NCBI GenBank assembly: GCA_965263295.1
Contig: OZ253665.1
Coordinates: 1,600,001-1,664,000 of the forward strand
Direction: 5' to 3'
Length of the DNA: 64,000 nt
DNA from: Spirochaetia bacterium
GTDB taxonomy: Bacteria > Spirochaetota > Spirochaetia > SP-2023
In this document: piece after piece, positions 52,175 to 61,802 of the stretch
Position numbering within the stretch: the first letter of the stretch is position 1
Layout: every line of letters begins with the position of its first letter
Notes under the pieces: generated by a model
Database searches by the model: none
What the model was told of the DNA's origin: nothing
Seen by the model: only the letters and a program-made list of their open reading frames with translations
Position numbers and translations under genes: made by a program

Positions 52175-53677
52175 ATGCTTTTCCCCAGCACGTACCTAGA
52201 CTTCCCAGAAGAGCTTGCAGGGCATTTTTACCTTCCCTGTGCTCCCGGTAAGACTGCCAAGCTAGAGCGGCTATGCTGGAACACCGAGCTGGCGACAAAA
52301 TTTGGATTGGATGCCGGCGCGCCCACGGCAGAGCTTCTGGCCAGTCTAACAGGGCAGAGCCCTTTGCCAGAAGCCAAGCCTTTAGCTTTAGCTTACGCAG
52401 GACATCAGTTCGGATACTTTGTGGCTCAACTCGGCGATGGTCGCGCGATATTGCTCGGCGAACTGGAAGACCGGACAAACACAAGCGGCAAGCGCTACGA
52501 TCTACAGATCAAAGGCTCAGGCCCCACACCCTTCTCACGCGGTGGCGACGGTTACTTACCACTTGCCGCCGCGCTGCGAGAACACCTAGTGAGTCAAGCC
52601 CTGGCAAAACTCAAGATCCCGACAACGCGCAGCCTGGCAGTACTGCTCACCGGCCGGCAAATCTTTCGTCCCGTGCCTCCTCCCGCCGCCATGCACCAAG
52701 CGGCAATATTGCTGCGCGTCGCCGCCAGTCACATTCGCGTCGGCAGTTTTGAATATCTGGCCGTGCGCAAAGAACACCAAGCCCTGCGCCTGCTCGCAGA
52801 TTACGCCATGTGGCGCCACTATCCGCAATTGGCCAAAGGCGATTACGCAGGCTTTTTCCGCGCCGTAGTGCAGTCTCAGGCCGAGCTGGTGGCCGCCTGG
52901 CTCAGCATCGGTTTTGTGCACGGCGTGCTGAATACCGACAATACGGCAATCTCAGGGGAAACCATAGACTACGGGCCCTGCGCCTTTTTAGATATATACG
53001 AGGCGAACGCAGTCTTCAGCTCCATTGATAACTCCGGGCGCTATGCCTACAAACGGCAAGCTGCCATTTTGCAGTGGAATCTCAGCTCCCTGGGCAACTG
53101 TCTCGCACCGCTGCTACACGAATGCCAAGACACAGCCCGCAAAATAGTCCAAGACCTGCTCGCGGAATACGAAGCCAGCTTTGCGACCGCCTGGCTTGAG
53201 CGCATGCGGCGCAAGCTTGGGTTGAGCGACAGCCAAGGCAGTCAGGACCAAAACCTCATAGAAGAATTCCTGCAAATCCTCGAAAAAGAGCAACTGGATT
53301 TTACCGCCAGCTTCCGCTCCCTGGCAGACCACAGCGCCGCAGCGGAAAGCTCATTGCCCCAGGCAGATTCACTTTCTACCCCTCCAGCCATGAGGTCTTG
53401 GCTCAAGCGCTGGCGCCAGCGCCTGGATGCCGAACCAACGAGCCCCAGCAAATTAAAACAGCGCCTTGAAGCGGAAAACCCCGCCATTATTCCGCGCAAT
53501 GGCTGGTTGGAAAAGGCGTTAGACGAAGCACAGCTCGGCCAAATGCAGCTATTTGAAAAACTCTTTGCCGCCGTGTCGCAGCCCTTTGAAAATTCAGAGC
53601 ACTTTGCGGAATTTGCTATGCCACCGGCCGCAGGGCAGAGCCGGCAACAGCGCTACACCACTTATTGCGGGACCTAA
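52175..53677 (+). CDS. selO: protein adenylyltransferase SelO/YdiU
   Basis: YAGHQFG, LGDGRA, KGSG.TPFSR.GDG, SHIRVGSF, GFVHGVLNTDN, TIDYGP, NP..IPRN, C-terminal YCGT. Confidence 0.93.
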   Translation: MLFPSTYLDFPEELAGHFYLPCAPGKTAKLERLCWNTELATKFGLDAGAPTAELLASLTGQSPLPEAKPLALAYAGHQFGYFVAQLGDGRAILLGELEDRTNTSGKRYDLQIKGSGPTPFSRGGDGYLPLAAALREHLVSQALAKLKIPTTRSLAVLLTGRQIFRPVPPPAAMHQAAILLRVAASHIRVGSFEYLAVRKEHQALRLLADYAMWRHYPQLAKGDYAGFFRAVVQSQAELVAAWLSIGFVHGVLNTDNTAISGETIDYGPCAFLDIYEANAVFSSIDNSGRYAYKRQAAILQWNLSSLGNCLAPLLHECQDTARKIVQDLLAEYEASFATAWLERMRRKLGLSDSQGSQDQNLIEEFLQILEKEQLDFTASFRSLADHSAAAESSLPQADSLSTPPAMRSWLKRWRQRLDAEPTSPSKLKQRLEAENPAIIPRNGWLEKALDEAQLGQMQLFEKLFAAVSQPFENSEHFAEFAMPPAAGQSRQQRYTTYCGT

Positions 53678-53739
53678 AACCGGCATATTCCAGCCCAGCA
53701 TGGAGCAAAATGGCTACCGGTTTTTACAGCACACGAATA

Positions 53740-55011
53740 TCATTGATTTTCATCACTTATCATGTTCCACGCCAACGCGCTGCCGTAGGGCACATCACAA
53801 CACAGGCGAGCTCCGAAAAGACTTTCCAGCTCCTGCGGCGCAACGATGCACCCGCCCTGCGGGAAGGGTCGCAAAACCGCGACATCTTCGGACCGTAAAA
53901 CATCTCCCGCCCTCAAATCTCGCAGCACGTAGATCGCCCGCCCAAAGCGCCTGGATGCCCGTTTTTTGTCATTCAAGCTGTAATCAATTTGGCCTAAGGC
54001 CTGCTCTGCAATGCGGATCTGCCCCGCCATCTGGGCAAACTCAGCGGGCTCCATTGAGAAGCTGGCGTCGGGACCGCCCAAGTCGCGCGACAGAATAAAG
54101 TGCTTTTCAATTAATTCCGCGCCCAAGGCCACGGCGGCGACCGCCACAGTCGAGCCCAAGGTATGATCCGAAAGCCCGACGCGGCAACCAAAAGTCGATT
54201 TGAGATGCGGCAACATGGCCAGGTTGGCCTCGGCAGGAGAGGCCGGATAGGCAGACGTACACTGCAACAAAGTAATATCGCGGTTGCCTTCCTTCTCGCA
54301 AGCCTGCAGAAAGAGCTCAATATCGTGAAAATTGGCAATGCCCAGCGAGGCGATAATCGGCTTTTTAGTCGCGGCCACCCGTCGCACCAGCTCTAGATAC
54401 CCAATTTCAAATGAAGCGATCTTATAACAGGGGCTCTCCAGTTCTTCCAGAAAATCTACCCCGCGCAAACAAAAAGGTGTTGAAAAAATCGCCATACCGA
54501 GCTGGCCCGCAAGTTTGTACAACGGCTTGTGCCAGGCCCAAGGCATGGCGGCCTCTTCGTATAGCGAATACAGCGAACGCCCATCCCAGGGACTGGGACA
54601 AGCCGTGTCACTTTCGATAATAAAGGGTGCTTGATGTAGCGGTAGAGTCAAACTCTGGGCGTCGTAAGACTGCAATTTGACCGCATCGGCGCCCGCCTCT
54701 GCCATAGCGCGCAATGTGCGAAAGGCCAGATCAAGGTCCTGATTGTGGTTGGCTGATAGCTCAGCCACGATGTCGACCCGGCGCGACGGCAAGGGCCCGG
54801 CTGCTGCCAGCATCGCGTGCTCTTTTTTATTATCGCGCCGCGACTCAGCTTCAGGTGCGACCACGGTCGGCACAGCCTCGACTTTGGATGAAGCGGCCTC
54901 TGCAGAAGACGGTGCACGTGCTCCGCCCGCGCCTAGATTCTGGTCCGGCGCCTGCGCCTGAGCTCCGCGTAGCGGGCGACGCCCCCGCAGGTTCTGATAA
55001 GCTTCCGTCAT
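53740..55011 (-). CDS. pseI: pseudaminic acid synthase
   Basis: AELSANHN, GADAVKLQ, WDG.SLY.LY, KIASFE, CTSAYP, GLSDHT, IEKHF, DA.FS; SAF tail; long N-terminal extension. Confidence 0.9.
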   Translation of the reverse strand: MTEAYQNLRGRRPLRGAQAQAPDQNLGAGGARAPSSAEAASSKVEAVPTVVAPEAESRRDNKKEHAMLAAAGPLPSRRVDIVAELSANHNQDLDLAFRTLRAMAEAGADAVKLQSYDAQSLTLPLHQAPFIIESDTACPSPWDGRSLYSLYEEAAMPWAWHKPLYKLAGQLGMAIFSTPFCLRGVDFLEELESPCYKIASFEIGYLELVRRVAATKKPIIASLGIANFHDIELFLQACEKEGNRDITLLQCTSAYPASPAEANLAMLPHLKSTFGCRVGLSDHTLGSTVAVAAVALGAELIEKHFILSRDLGGPDASFSMEPAEFAQMAGQIRIAEQALGQIDYSLNDKKRASRRFGRAIYVLRDLRAGDVLRSEDVAVLRPFPQGGCIVAPQELESLFGARLCCDVPYGSALAWNMISDENQ

Positions 55012-55015
55012 TTAC

Positions 55016-55942
55016 CTATTTACCTACCCGCCTGCCGGCCGTTAAGCCCAGCGACTGCGCCTCTTTTTGTAATTCCGCCAAGTCGGCAAACATGGGCTCT
55101 TGCAGAAGCTTCTTGCTGCTGGGCAAATAGCGCTGATAACTGAGCAGCTCCCCGCGACTATCTAAAACTTGCTTTGAGCCGTTGCCATGGCGGGCACGCC
55201 CATTCGTGCTCTGAGGCAAGAAACCCAAGTTCCGAGCCAGCTTCTGCACCGGCAGGTTCTGGCTGTAACATTCCATGAAAACCTCGCGCAAGCCCAGTTC
55301 ACTGGCCCGCAACATAGCCGCAAACAGCAGGGTACGACCAAGTTTAATGTGTGGATAATGATACAGATTTTTATACAAGCCCAAGAGGGGCCGCTCAGGC
55401 AGACGCATATCGACACTGACCATACCGATTATCGGGCGCAGCACCTTTAAACTACTGCCGGCATCATTGATCCGCGTGCTCTGGGCACCGGCATGAACAG
55501 ACGCCGCCGCCGAAGTCTCTTTGAGCAAACGTATCGCGTCGCAATATAAAGCGCAGCAGTCGAACAGAGGTCGGCGCCGCTTGAGTTCGCGCAAATAATC
55601 TTGGTGGGCCGCATAGCTGATGATGTTCTGATTGTGTGACATCGCGCAGACATCCGGATGATTGCGCAAAATCAAGATTCGGTCCTGCAGGTCCTCTTCC
55701 AGCTCGGTAATGGGCAACAAACACGAATGCTGCCAGATGCGTAGAGCGGTGGCTACCGCCGGCAGCGCGGACCTAGTCTCTGGCGTCGTCTTTGTGCCCA
55801 GCCTCCCCGTGCTCAGCCTCTCCGTGCCCAGCCTCCCTATGCCCGGCTTAGCTGCGCCCGGCTTCCCTAGCTCTGTCCCATTTGGAACTGGCCTAGCTGA
55901 AGAAAGTCGACTGCTCCCGGTTTTGTGCTTTCTCATAATCAA
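55016..55942 (-). CDS. pseH: PseH-like GNAT N-acetyltransferase
   Basis: IL.LRNHP.V...H..Y, IGMVS, GLYKN, N..VQKL...LGF; sits between pseG and pseI. Confidence 0.7.
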   Translation of the reverse strand: MIMRKHKTGSSRLSSARPVPNGTELGKPGAAKPGIGRLGTERLSTGRLGTKTTPETRSALPAVATALRIWQHSCLLPITELEEDLQDRILILRNHPDVCAMSHNQNIISYAAHQDYLRELKRRRPLFDCCALYCDAIRLLKETSAAASVHAGAQSTRINDAGSSLKVLRPIIGMVSVDMRLPERPLLGLYKNLYHYPHIKLGRTLLFAAMLRASELGLREVFMECYSQNLPVQKLARNLGFLPQSTNGRARHGNGSKQVLDSRGELLSYQRYLPSSKKLLQEPMFADLAELQKEAQSLGLTAGRRVGK

Positions 55943-57177
55943 GCATTATTGTCACAGGGAGCCGCGCTCTGCGCAAGGGCTGCAACGCCTATTTTCTCTA
56001 GAATGCGCTGCAGGGCCAGGCCGTCGCCGAGCTGGCGCAATTCGCATTGGAGGCTGGCGCTCGCAACATTTGGCTCGGATTCAGCCGCGATAGCTGCATA
56101 ACCCAACCCTGCGGCTTTTCGAATCCTCGCTAAGCCCGTGCGCAAACAATTACACAGCAATTCAGCACTAGCCGATTGCAGAGCCCCTCGCAAATCAAGC
56201 CGCCTCAACCAGGCTTGTGAATCCAGTTGACTGGAGGCGCGCAGTATATCAAGCAGTGGAACTTGATTTTCAGCAGTCAGCAGAGCGAAAATGGCGGGCA
56301 TTTTGCGCATGCCCTCGCGCGCTGGAATCTGGGTCTTTACCGCCAAAGCCTCCAAAAGACTTTGGCTAGCCGCGCAGAAGATTTCGCCAGCCCCGGCATA
56401 GAGGTGGCGCAGTTGGGCCGCGTCCAATCCCCAGAGGAAAAGCGGCCCGGCCATCCTGTCCGCAGGAAAATCTTCGACCTGGCGCGGCGAGAGCAAAACG
56501 GCCAAGTGCCATTTGCCTCGCTCCTGGTCCTGAACATCAATTGTCGGAGGCTCCTCTGCCAGGCAGGCGGCAGCAAGTTCAACCTGGGCGAAAGAGAAGG
56601 CGCTGCCAGGTACGAAGAGTCGGTAACGCGTTTGCAATTCCTCGTGCGCAAACTCCGTTTCGCCGCAAAAACTGACCCCAAATTCCGGGCGCAATATTTG
56701 ATACGCGAGTCCACGCAAGTAGCGATCAGGCAAATCAGCCTGTGCTGGCATGCCGGCCTGAAGTACAAAAAACTTTGACGGATAACCGCCAGAGCTGGCA
56801 AAACGTTCAAAATCGTCAATGGCCAGCAAACGGCTCAGGGGAAAATTACGGGCACAAGCCGAATAGAAGTCCCAAGGCAGCTGATAGGAATCAATCAGCA
56901 GTAAGTCGGGTATTTTTGGTTCCGCAGTCATGAATGGAAGACCTTGTAAGCTGCGTGAACTGCGTAGTTCGTCCAAACTCAGCTGGTAACGGCGATGTCC
57001 AGGCGCATTCTGCGGCAAAGCCGCAAGACTCAGTTCAAACAGCTCGGTTCTCCAACCCAAAGCCGCAAACTGGGCGGCAAAAGCCTGGCAACGCAACAAA
57101 TGGCCTTGTCCAATATAAACCTGCTGATCCCCATCCCAGCCGGAATCACAGAGCATCCAGGCAACGGCCGCGCTCAC
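55939..57177 (-). CDS. pseG: PseG-like UDP-sugar hydrolase (divergent)
   Basis: IGQGHL.RC, LLIDSY, AIDDF, Y.ILRPEF, AENQ. GTG 57177 overlaps the pseC stop (GTGA). Confidence 0.75.
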   Translation of the reverse strand: MSAAVAWMLCDSGWDGDQQVYIGQGHLLRCQAFAAQFAALGWRTELFELSLAALPQNAPGHRRYQLSLDELRSSRSLQGLPFMTAEPKIPDLLLIDSYQLPWDFYSACARNFPLSRLLAIDDFERFASSGGYPSKFFVLQAGMPAQADLPDRYLRGLAYQILRPEFGVSFCGETEFAHEELQTRYRLFVPGSAFSFAQVELAAACLAEEPPTIDVQDQERGKWHLAVLLSPRQVEDFPADRMAGPLFLWGLDAAQLRHLYAGAGEIFCAASQSLLEALAVKTQIPAREGMRKMPAIFALLTAENQVPLLDILRASSQLDSQAWLRRLDLRGALQSASAELLCNCLRTGLARIRKAAGLGYAAIAAESEPNVASASLQCELRQLGDGLALQRILEKIGVAALAQSAAPCDNNA

Positions 57178-58634
57178 GGCGCGGCCAGGCGATAGATAGC
57201 CTGGACGACCTGGTCCTGATCGCGCGGCTTCATTCCCGCAAACAAAGGCAGGGACAAGGCCTGCCGATAGTAATTCCGGCAATTTTCCAGGCCGTCCATG
57301 CCATAACCCAAATGACGATAAAAAGGCTGCATTGGCAAGGGGATGTAATGAACTTGGCTGCCAATTCCTTGTGACTCTAGCTCGCGCATCACCTGGTTGC
57401 GACTCATGCGCAGGTAGCCAAAATCCATTTGTACGACATACAGATGGGGACAAGTCGTGCTGGCTATCTGGGGCGTGCGCAGCCAACTCAAGTTTCGGAA
57501 GGCTTCATTATAACGAACTGCAAGCTGACGGCGTTGCCCGGCAAAATTAGCGAGGCGCCGCAACTGTTCGACACCTAAGGCAGCGTGCACATCGCTAAGC
57601 CGGGCGTTGTGCCCTAAAACGTGCATTTCGTAGTACCACAGTGGCGGCTCGCCCTGCCCCACCCCGCTCAAATCAGCGTTTTCGCAATTGTCACTAGCAT
57701 TCAGCCACAGCTCTGGGCTTCGGTTAATACCGTGACTGCGCAGAAGAAGCAGCAACTCGTGGAGCTCAGGATCACGGCAAGTTATGGCTCCGCCTTCGGC
57801 CGTGGTCACGGTCTTCACCGGATGGAAGGAGAAACAACAGGCATCGCTATATTGGCAGGAACCTACAGCATTTTGACTGGAGGACTCTGCCAATTCACCG
57901 CCCTCTCCGTAGTAGGAACCCAAGGCATGCGCGGCATCTTCAATAATGGGCAGACGTGGCAGACGCCCTTGATTGTCCTCCTGTTTTTTTTCTTCTGGCT
58001 CAGCTGCGACATGGCTTGCAGCCATATTTTTTCGGCTGTCAACAACTTGATCGCCGGCAGCTTGTGTGTCAAATTCCATTTTTCCGGCAGATATTGTCGC
58101 CGCATATTTGTGGGCTAAGCGCCAAAGTTCCGGCATATCAACTGGTTCTCCGGCAAAATGCACCGGCAATAATAATTCAATCGGCGGCCAGCCCGACTCA
58201 CGAAAGCCACTTTGTTCTATACTTGCGCTGTCTTCCTGGCCGTTATGGCTCTCTAGCAAGCGCTGAACTTCGCGCAAACTCAAGTTATAAGTACCGGCAG
58301 AAATATCGCAGAACAGGGGCTTTAACTGGTTGTACAGCAGGGCATTGCTGCTGGCGACAAAGGTGTTTGGCGTAGTCAGGGCCAGGGCTGCGTCCTTCAA
58401 GCCGTACAATAATTTGACAGCGCGTACCGCCAAGTCCAAAGCTGCCGTACCATTTGCCACGGCCACGGCAAAAGGGGCCCCCGTAACCTCACGCAAAGCC
58501 TGCTCAAATTTTTCGACACAGGGTCCCTGCGTCAAGTAGCGACTTTTAAGCACACGCCGCACAGCGCGATACTCTGGCCCAGCCAGAAACTGCCGCCCAT
58601 AAGGCAGGAATTTACTACGTTTGCCAGCCGGCAT
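57174..58634 (-). CDS. pseC: PLP-dependent DegT-family aminotransferase PseC
   Basis: LPYGRQ, LTQGP, NGTAAL, PVHFAG, IEDAAHALG, FSFHPVK, VHYIP. Confidence 0.9.
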   Translation of the reverse strand: MPAGKRSKFLPYGRQFLAGPEYRAVRRVLKSRYLTQGPCVEKFEQALREVTGAPFAVAVANGTAALDLAVRAVKLLYGLKDAALALTTPNTFVASSNALLYNQLKPLFCDISAGTYNLSLREVQRLLESHNGQEDSASIEQSGFRESGWPPIELLLPVHFAGEPVDMPELWRLAHKYAATISAGKMEFDTQAAGDQVVDSRKNMAASHVAAEPEEKKQEDNQGRLPRLPIIEDAAHALGSYYGEGGELAESSSQNAVGSCQYSDACCFSFHPVKTVTTAEGGAITCRDPELHELLLLLRSHGINRSPELWLNASDNCENADLSGVGQGEPPLWYYEMHVLGHNARLSDVHAALGVEQLRRLANFAGQRRQLAVRYNEAFRNLSWLRTPQIASTTCPHLYVVQMDFGYLRMSRNQVMRELESQGIGSQVHYIPLPMQPFYRHLGYGMDGLENCRNYYRQALSLPLFAGMKPRDQDQVVQAIYRLAAP

Positions 58635-58692
58635 ACGGCCCCCTTATTTATTTGTAGAAATTGACTATGCCTATTTTCCTTTTACTTCTATC

Positions 58693-59727
58693 TCAGTCAT
58701 TCTCGATAATAGCCTTGTCCTGTATTGCCGTCAAACGCTCGCGAATCTGTTCAATGCTCAGCCAATCGGAATTGCTCTCAGATGAATAACAAAAACCTGC
58801 AGCCACTTTACGTCCCTGCATCTTGCGTGGGGCGCTCCACCACTTGTGCGCCGGATAAATTACATAGTGTCTATCACACTCATAAGTATAAGGCGCATCG
58901 TCCTCGGTAAACATTACTTCGTGGAGTTTCTCGCCCTCGCGGATACCCACAATTTCGATACTGCCGCCCTCGGACGCCGGGCTCATGGCCTCGGCCAAAT
59001 CCGTCAGCTTTAACGACGGAATCTTGGCGATGTAGGTCTCACCGCCCTCAGCCTGTTCTAAAGCCAGCAATACCAATTCCACCGCCTCCTCGGTTGAAAT
59101 CCAGAAACGCGTCATGCGTGTGTCGGTGATGGGGAGGCACTTGCACCCTTCAGACAATAGTTTACTAAACAGCGGCAGTACCGAACCGCGGCTGCCAAAA
59201 ACATTGCCATAGCGCACCACGGCAAAACGGGTCGGGCGGACAGCACCGACGTAGGAGTTGGCCGCAATAAACAGGCGATCGGAGACCATCTTTGTCGCGC
59301 CGTAGAGGTTTACCGGATTGACGGCCTTATCGGTCGACAAAGCGACAACCTTTTCAATGCCATGATCGAGAGCCGCCTCAATAACATTTTGGGCTCCATT
59401 AATGTTATTCTTTACCGCCTCACAGGGATTATATTCGCAAGCCGGCACCTGCTTCATCGCGGCCGCGTGGACAATGTAGTTGACTCCGCCTTCCAGAGCC
59501 CGCGAGAGGCGTTCTTTGTCGCGCACATCGCCAATAAAAAAACGCAGTTTGTGAAAATGCTGTGGCATCTCGGCACGAAAGTTTTGATTCATGTGAAATT
59601 GTTTATATTCATCGCGCGAGTAAATAATAATTTTAGCTGGATTGTAGCGCTGTAGGACATATTGGCTAAAAAACTTACCAAAAGTGCCCGTGCCCCCAGT
59701 CAGCAATATCGTTTTTGCATCCAGCAT
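58693..59727 (-). CDS. pseB: UDP-GlcNAc 4,6-dehydratase (inverting) PseB
   Basis: TGGTG.FG, SRDE.KQ, HAAA.KQVP.CEYNP, LSTDKA..P.NLYGATK, RYGNV.GSRGSV, MTRFWI. ATG 59727. Confidence 0.93.
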   Translation of the reverse strand: MLDAKTILLTGGTGTFGKFFSQYVLQRYNPAKIIIYSRDEYKQFHMNQNFRAEMPQHFHKLRFFIGDVRDKERLSRALEGGVNYIVHAAAMKQVPACEYNPCEAVKNNINGAQNVIEAALDHGIEKVVALSTDKAVNPVNLYGATKMVSDRLFIAANSYVGAVRPTRFAVVRYGNVFGSRGSVLPLFSKLLSEGCKCLPITDTRMTRFWISTEEAVELVLLALEQAEGGETYIAKIPSLKLTDLAEAMSPASEGGSIEIVGIREGEKLHEVMFTEDDAPYTYECDRHYVIYPAHKWWSAPRKMQGRKVAAGFCYSSESNSDWLSIEQIRERLTAIQDKAIIEND

Positions 59728-59827
59728 ATCTTTTTCCCCTAAAAGAAATCTTTGAAAATCTTTGATTTTATTACAAATAGTACAAACAAGGCCAGCCGTA
59801 AGGCTCGTCAAAGCTTCACGACAATGT

Positions 59828-59858
59828 AAAAAAATAACCCCAACGCAAGTCGGGGTTA
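59828..59858 (-). terminator. rho-independent terminator after tRNA-Ile
   Basis: TAACCCCGAC-TTGC-GTTGGGGTTA followed by T7 on the minus strand. Confidence 0.85.
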
Positions 59859-59866
59859 GGTTAACA

Positions 59867-59940
<74 letters not shown>

Positions 59941-59958
59941 GCAATGAATTGTTGCGCC

Positions 59959-59986
59959 AGCATAAGGATTTCAGCGAGATTGTCAA
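59959..59986 (-). promoter_or_regulatory. promoter of tRNA-Ile
   Basis: TTGACA-16 nt-TATGCT followed by a GC-rich discriminator GGCGC. Confidence 0.7.
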
Positions 59987-60084
59987 GCGAGGCACAGAAA
60001 TTTTCACCGTGCCGATTGCAGGCCTCAAAACGACTATGCGCAAGGACAAGACTTGTCGATACGCAAAAAACCAGGCAGCTCACG

Positions 60085-61233
60085 CTAGGCTTTATAGCTT
60101 TCTTTAAGCTCAAACTCCCACTGCGGGTAGGGATCCACTCCGCCGTACAGCGCTCTGCCGTCGGCCTCGCGCAGCTTGGCAATATTGATTGTAGGCGGTT
60201 CGGCCCAAAAGTCACTCTCTGCCCACGGCAACCGGTAAGTACGCAGGGCATTGCCGTAACTCAGGGCAGCCAGCCGCTCACGTGAAAGACCCAGGCCTTT
60301 GAGTAAAAAGTAAAGCAGGTAAATACCACTGAGTCCGGGAATGCCGGAGGCGATGGCCGAGTCATTATACCGAGGCAATTTCTCTTCAGGCGCATGCGGG
60401 GCGTGATCACTTTCAAGCCAGTCAATTTTGCCGGCGAGCAGTTGCCGCCAGAGACGGCCGCGCCGGGCTTCATCGCGGAGCGGAGGGTTGACCTTAAGTA
60501 AATTTCCCCGTCCTCGCTCCTGCGCTTCCAGCTTTTCTTGCCAGCGCAAGCTCAGCAAACAGTGCTGCGGCGTCGCGCCACAACTGACGCGGCGCCCCAA
60601 CCTGCGTGCCGCCGCAACCACTTCCACGCCTTCAGGCGTGGAAATATGGGCAATGTGCAAGTGACCGCGAAAATCGACCGCTTCGGCCAACGCCAACTGC
60701 TGCTCAATTGAACGCAGCTCGGCGTCAGCCGGACGTGCAAGGCTGTGACTCTGTGGCTCTGCCGGATCAAAGAGGCGATTATCAATCAATTCTTCAGCCT
60801 CACAGTGCACAACCAAAACACCATCATAGTTTTCCTCGGCAATGGCGGCATAAACCTGGTGTTGCGCTGAACCCGCAACGATGCCCATCTGACCCGTGGA
60901 TTGACCGGCATACATTTTCAGGCCGGCAATGACTGGAAAAAATTCGCGTTGCAAAGCCACCGCTTCACGAACTTGCCCAGAATTGCGTGCCAAACCAATA
61001 TGCATGGCATAGTATGGCGGCCGAGCACCTTCAGTGCGCAAACGATCCGCGGCGACACTCGCTAGCTCCACGCGCTGTTCGACGGTTTCGCGAGCCGTCA
61101 GCGGCGGGCTGGTATTAGGCATTTCGATAAGACCGCCAATGCCGAGCTGGCTCGACAACCCAAAAGCGTGGTAAATCGTTTCCTTGTGGGCCTGTTGCCA
61201 ATCGCGCAGGTGAACGTGGGGGTCAAGGATCAT
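60085..61233 (-). CDS. pyrC: dihydroorotase-family amidohydrolase
   Basis: DPHVHLR, EMPNT.PP, LKMY, VHCE, HIAHIST, KVNPPLR, SDHAPH, SGIPG. Confidence 0.8.
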   Translation of the reverse strand: MILDPHVHLRDWQQAHKETIYHAFGLSSQLGIGGLIEMPNTSPPLTARETVEQRVELASVAADRLRTEGARPPYYAMHIGLARNSGQVREAVALQREFFPVIAGLKMYAGQSTGQMGIVAGSAQHQVYAAIAEENYDGVLVVHCEAEELIDNRLFDPAEPQSHSLARPADAELRSIEQQLALAEAVDFRGHLHIAHISTPEGVEVVAAARRLGRRVSCGATPQHCLLSLRWQEKLEAQERGRGNLLKVNPPLRDEARRGRLWRQLLAGKIDWLESDHAPHAPEEKLPRYNDSAIASGIPGLSGIYLLYFLLKGLGLSRERLAALSYGNALRTYRLPWAESDFWAEPPTINIAKLREADGRALYGGVDPYPQWEFELKESYKA

Positions 61234-61253
61234 CTGGACTCCGAAAGATCAAC

Positions 61254-61760
61254 TTATTCCGCGCTAATTTCCGCTTGCAGCGCAGCTCGCGCGCCTTTGT
61301 CTTGTCCCTCGTCTTGTCCTTCGCTTTGTTGCAAAATGGCTTCCAGGGCGCGCCAGATCAACGTAGCACACTTTACACGCATGGGATACTCATTGAGACT
61401 CTGAAATATTTGCAATTTGCGTGGCAATGCCATCAGGACCTTCTGCTGCTGTTCTTCATTTTCAGCCAGTAGCAAGCCCAAAAAATCATCCTTGATTTTA
61501 CTGGCTTCCGCCAAAGTCTTACCTTTTACCAACTCGCTCATAATCGACGAGCTAGCCTTGGAAATGGCACAGCCTTCACCAAAAAAGCCAATATCGACAA
61601 TCTCGTCACCCTCAATCTGGGCAAATAGCTGATAGGTGTCACCGCAAAGCGGATTTCGCCCTATCGTGCTGTGGGTATAGCGCTCCAACTTATGGAAGTT
61701 TCGCGGACTACGGTTGTGTGATAGAATCGTATCCTGGTATAACTGCTCGACATTTACCAT
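61254..61760 (-). CDS. sufU: SufU-type sulfur transfer protein
   Basis: LY...IL.H...P.N, NPLCGD, GCAISKAS, RVKCATL.W. Confidence 0.9.
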   Translation of the reverse strand: MVNVEQLYQDTILSHNRSPRNFHKLERYTHSTIGRNPLCGDTYQLFAQIEGDEIVDIGFFGEGCAISKASSSIMSELVKGKTLAEASKIKDDFLGLLLAENEEQQQKVLMALPRKLQIFQSLNEYPMRVKCATLIWRALEAILQQSEGQDEGQDKGARAALQAEISAE

Positions 61761-61802
61761 GATTTTTCCCCAATCCTTTCCCTGCTGAGCCGGTGTGTTT
61801 TG

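Noticed and set aside
57178..57486. Apparent 313-bp overlap of the pseG ORF with pseC
   Set aside because: An ORF-calling artefact: PseG-like sequence begins at GTG 57177, coupled to the pseC stop.
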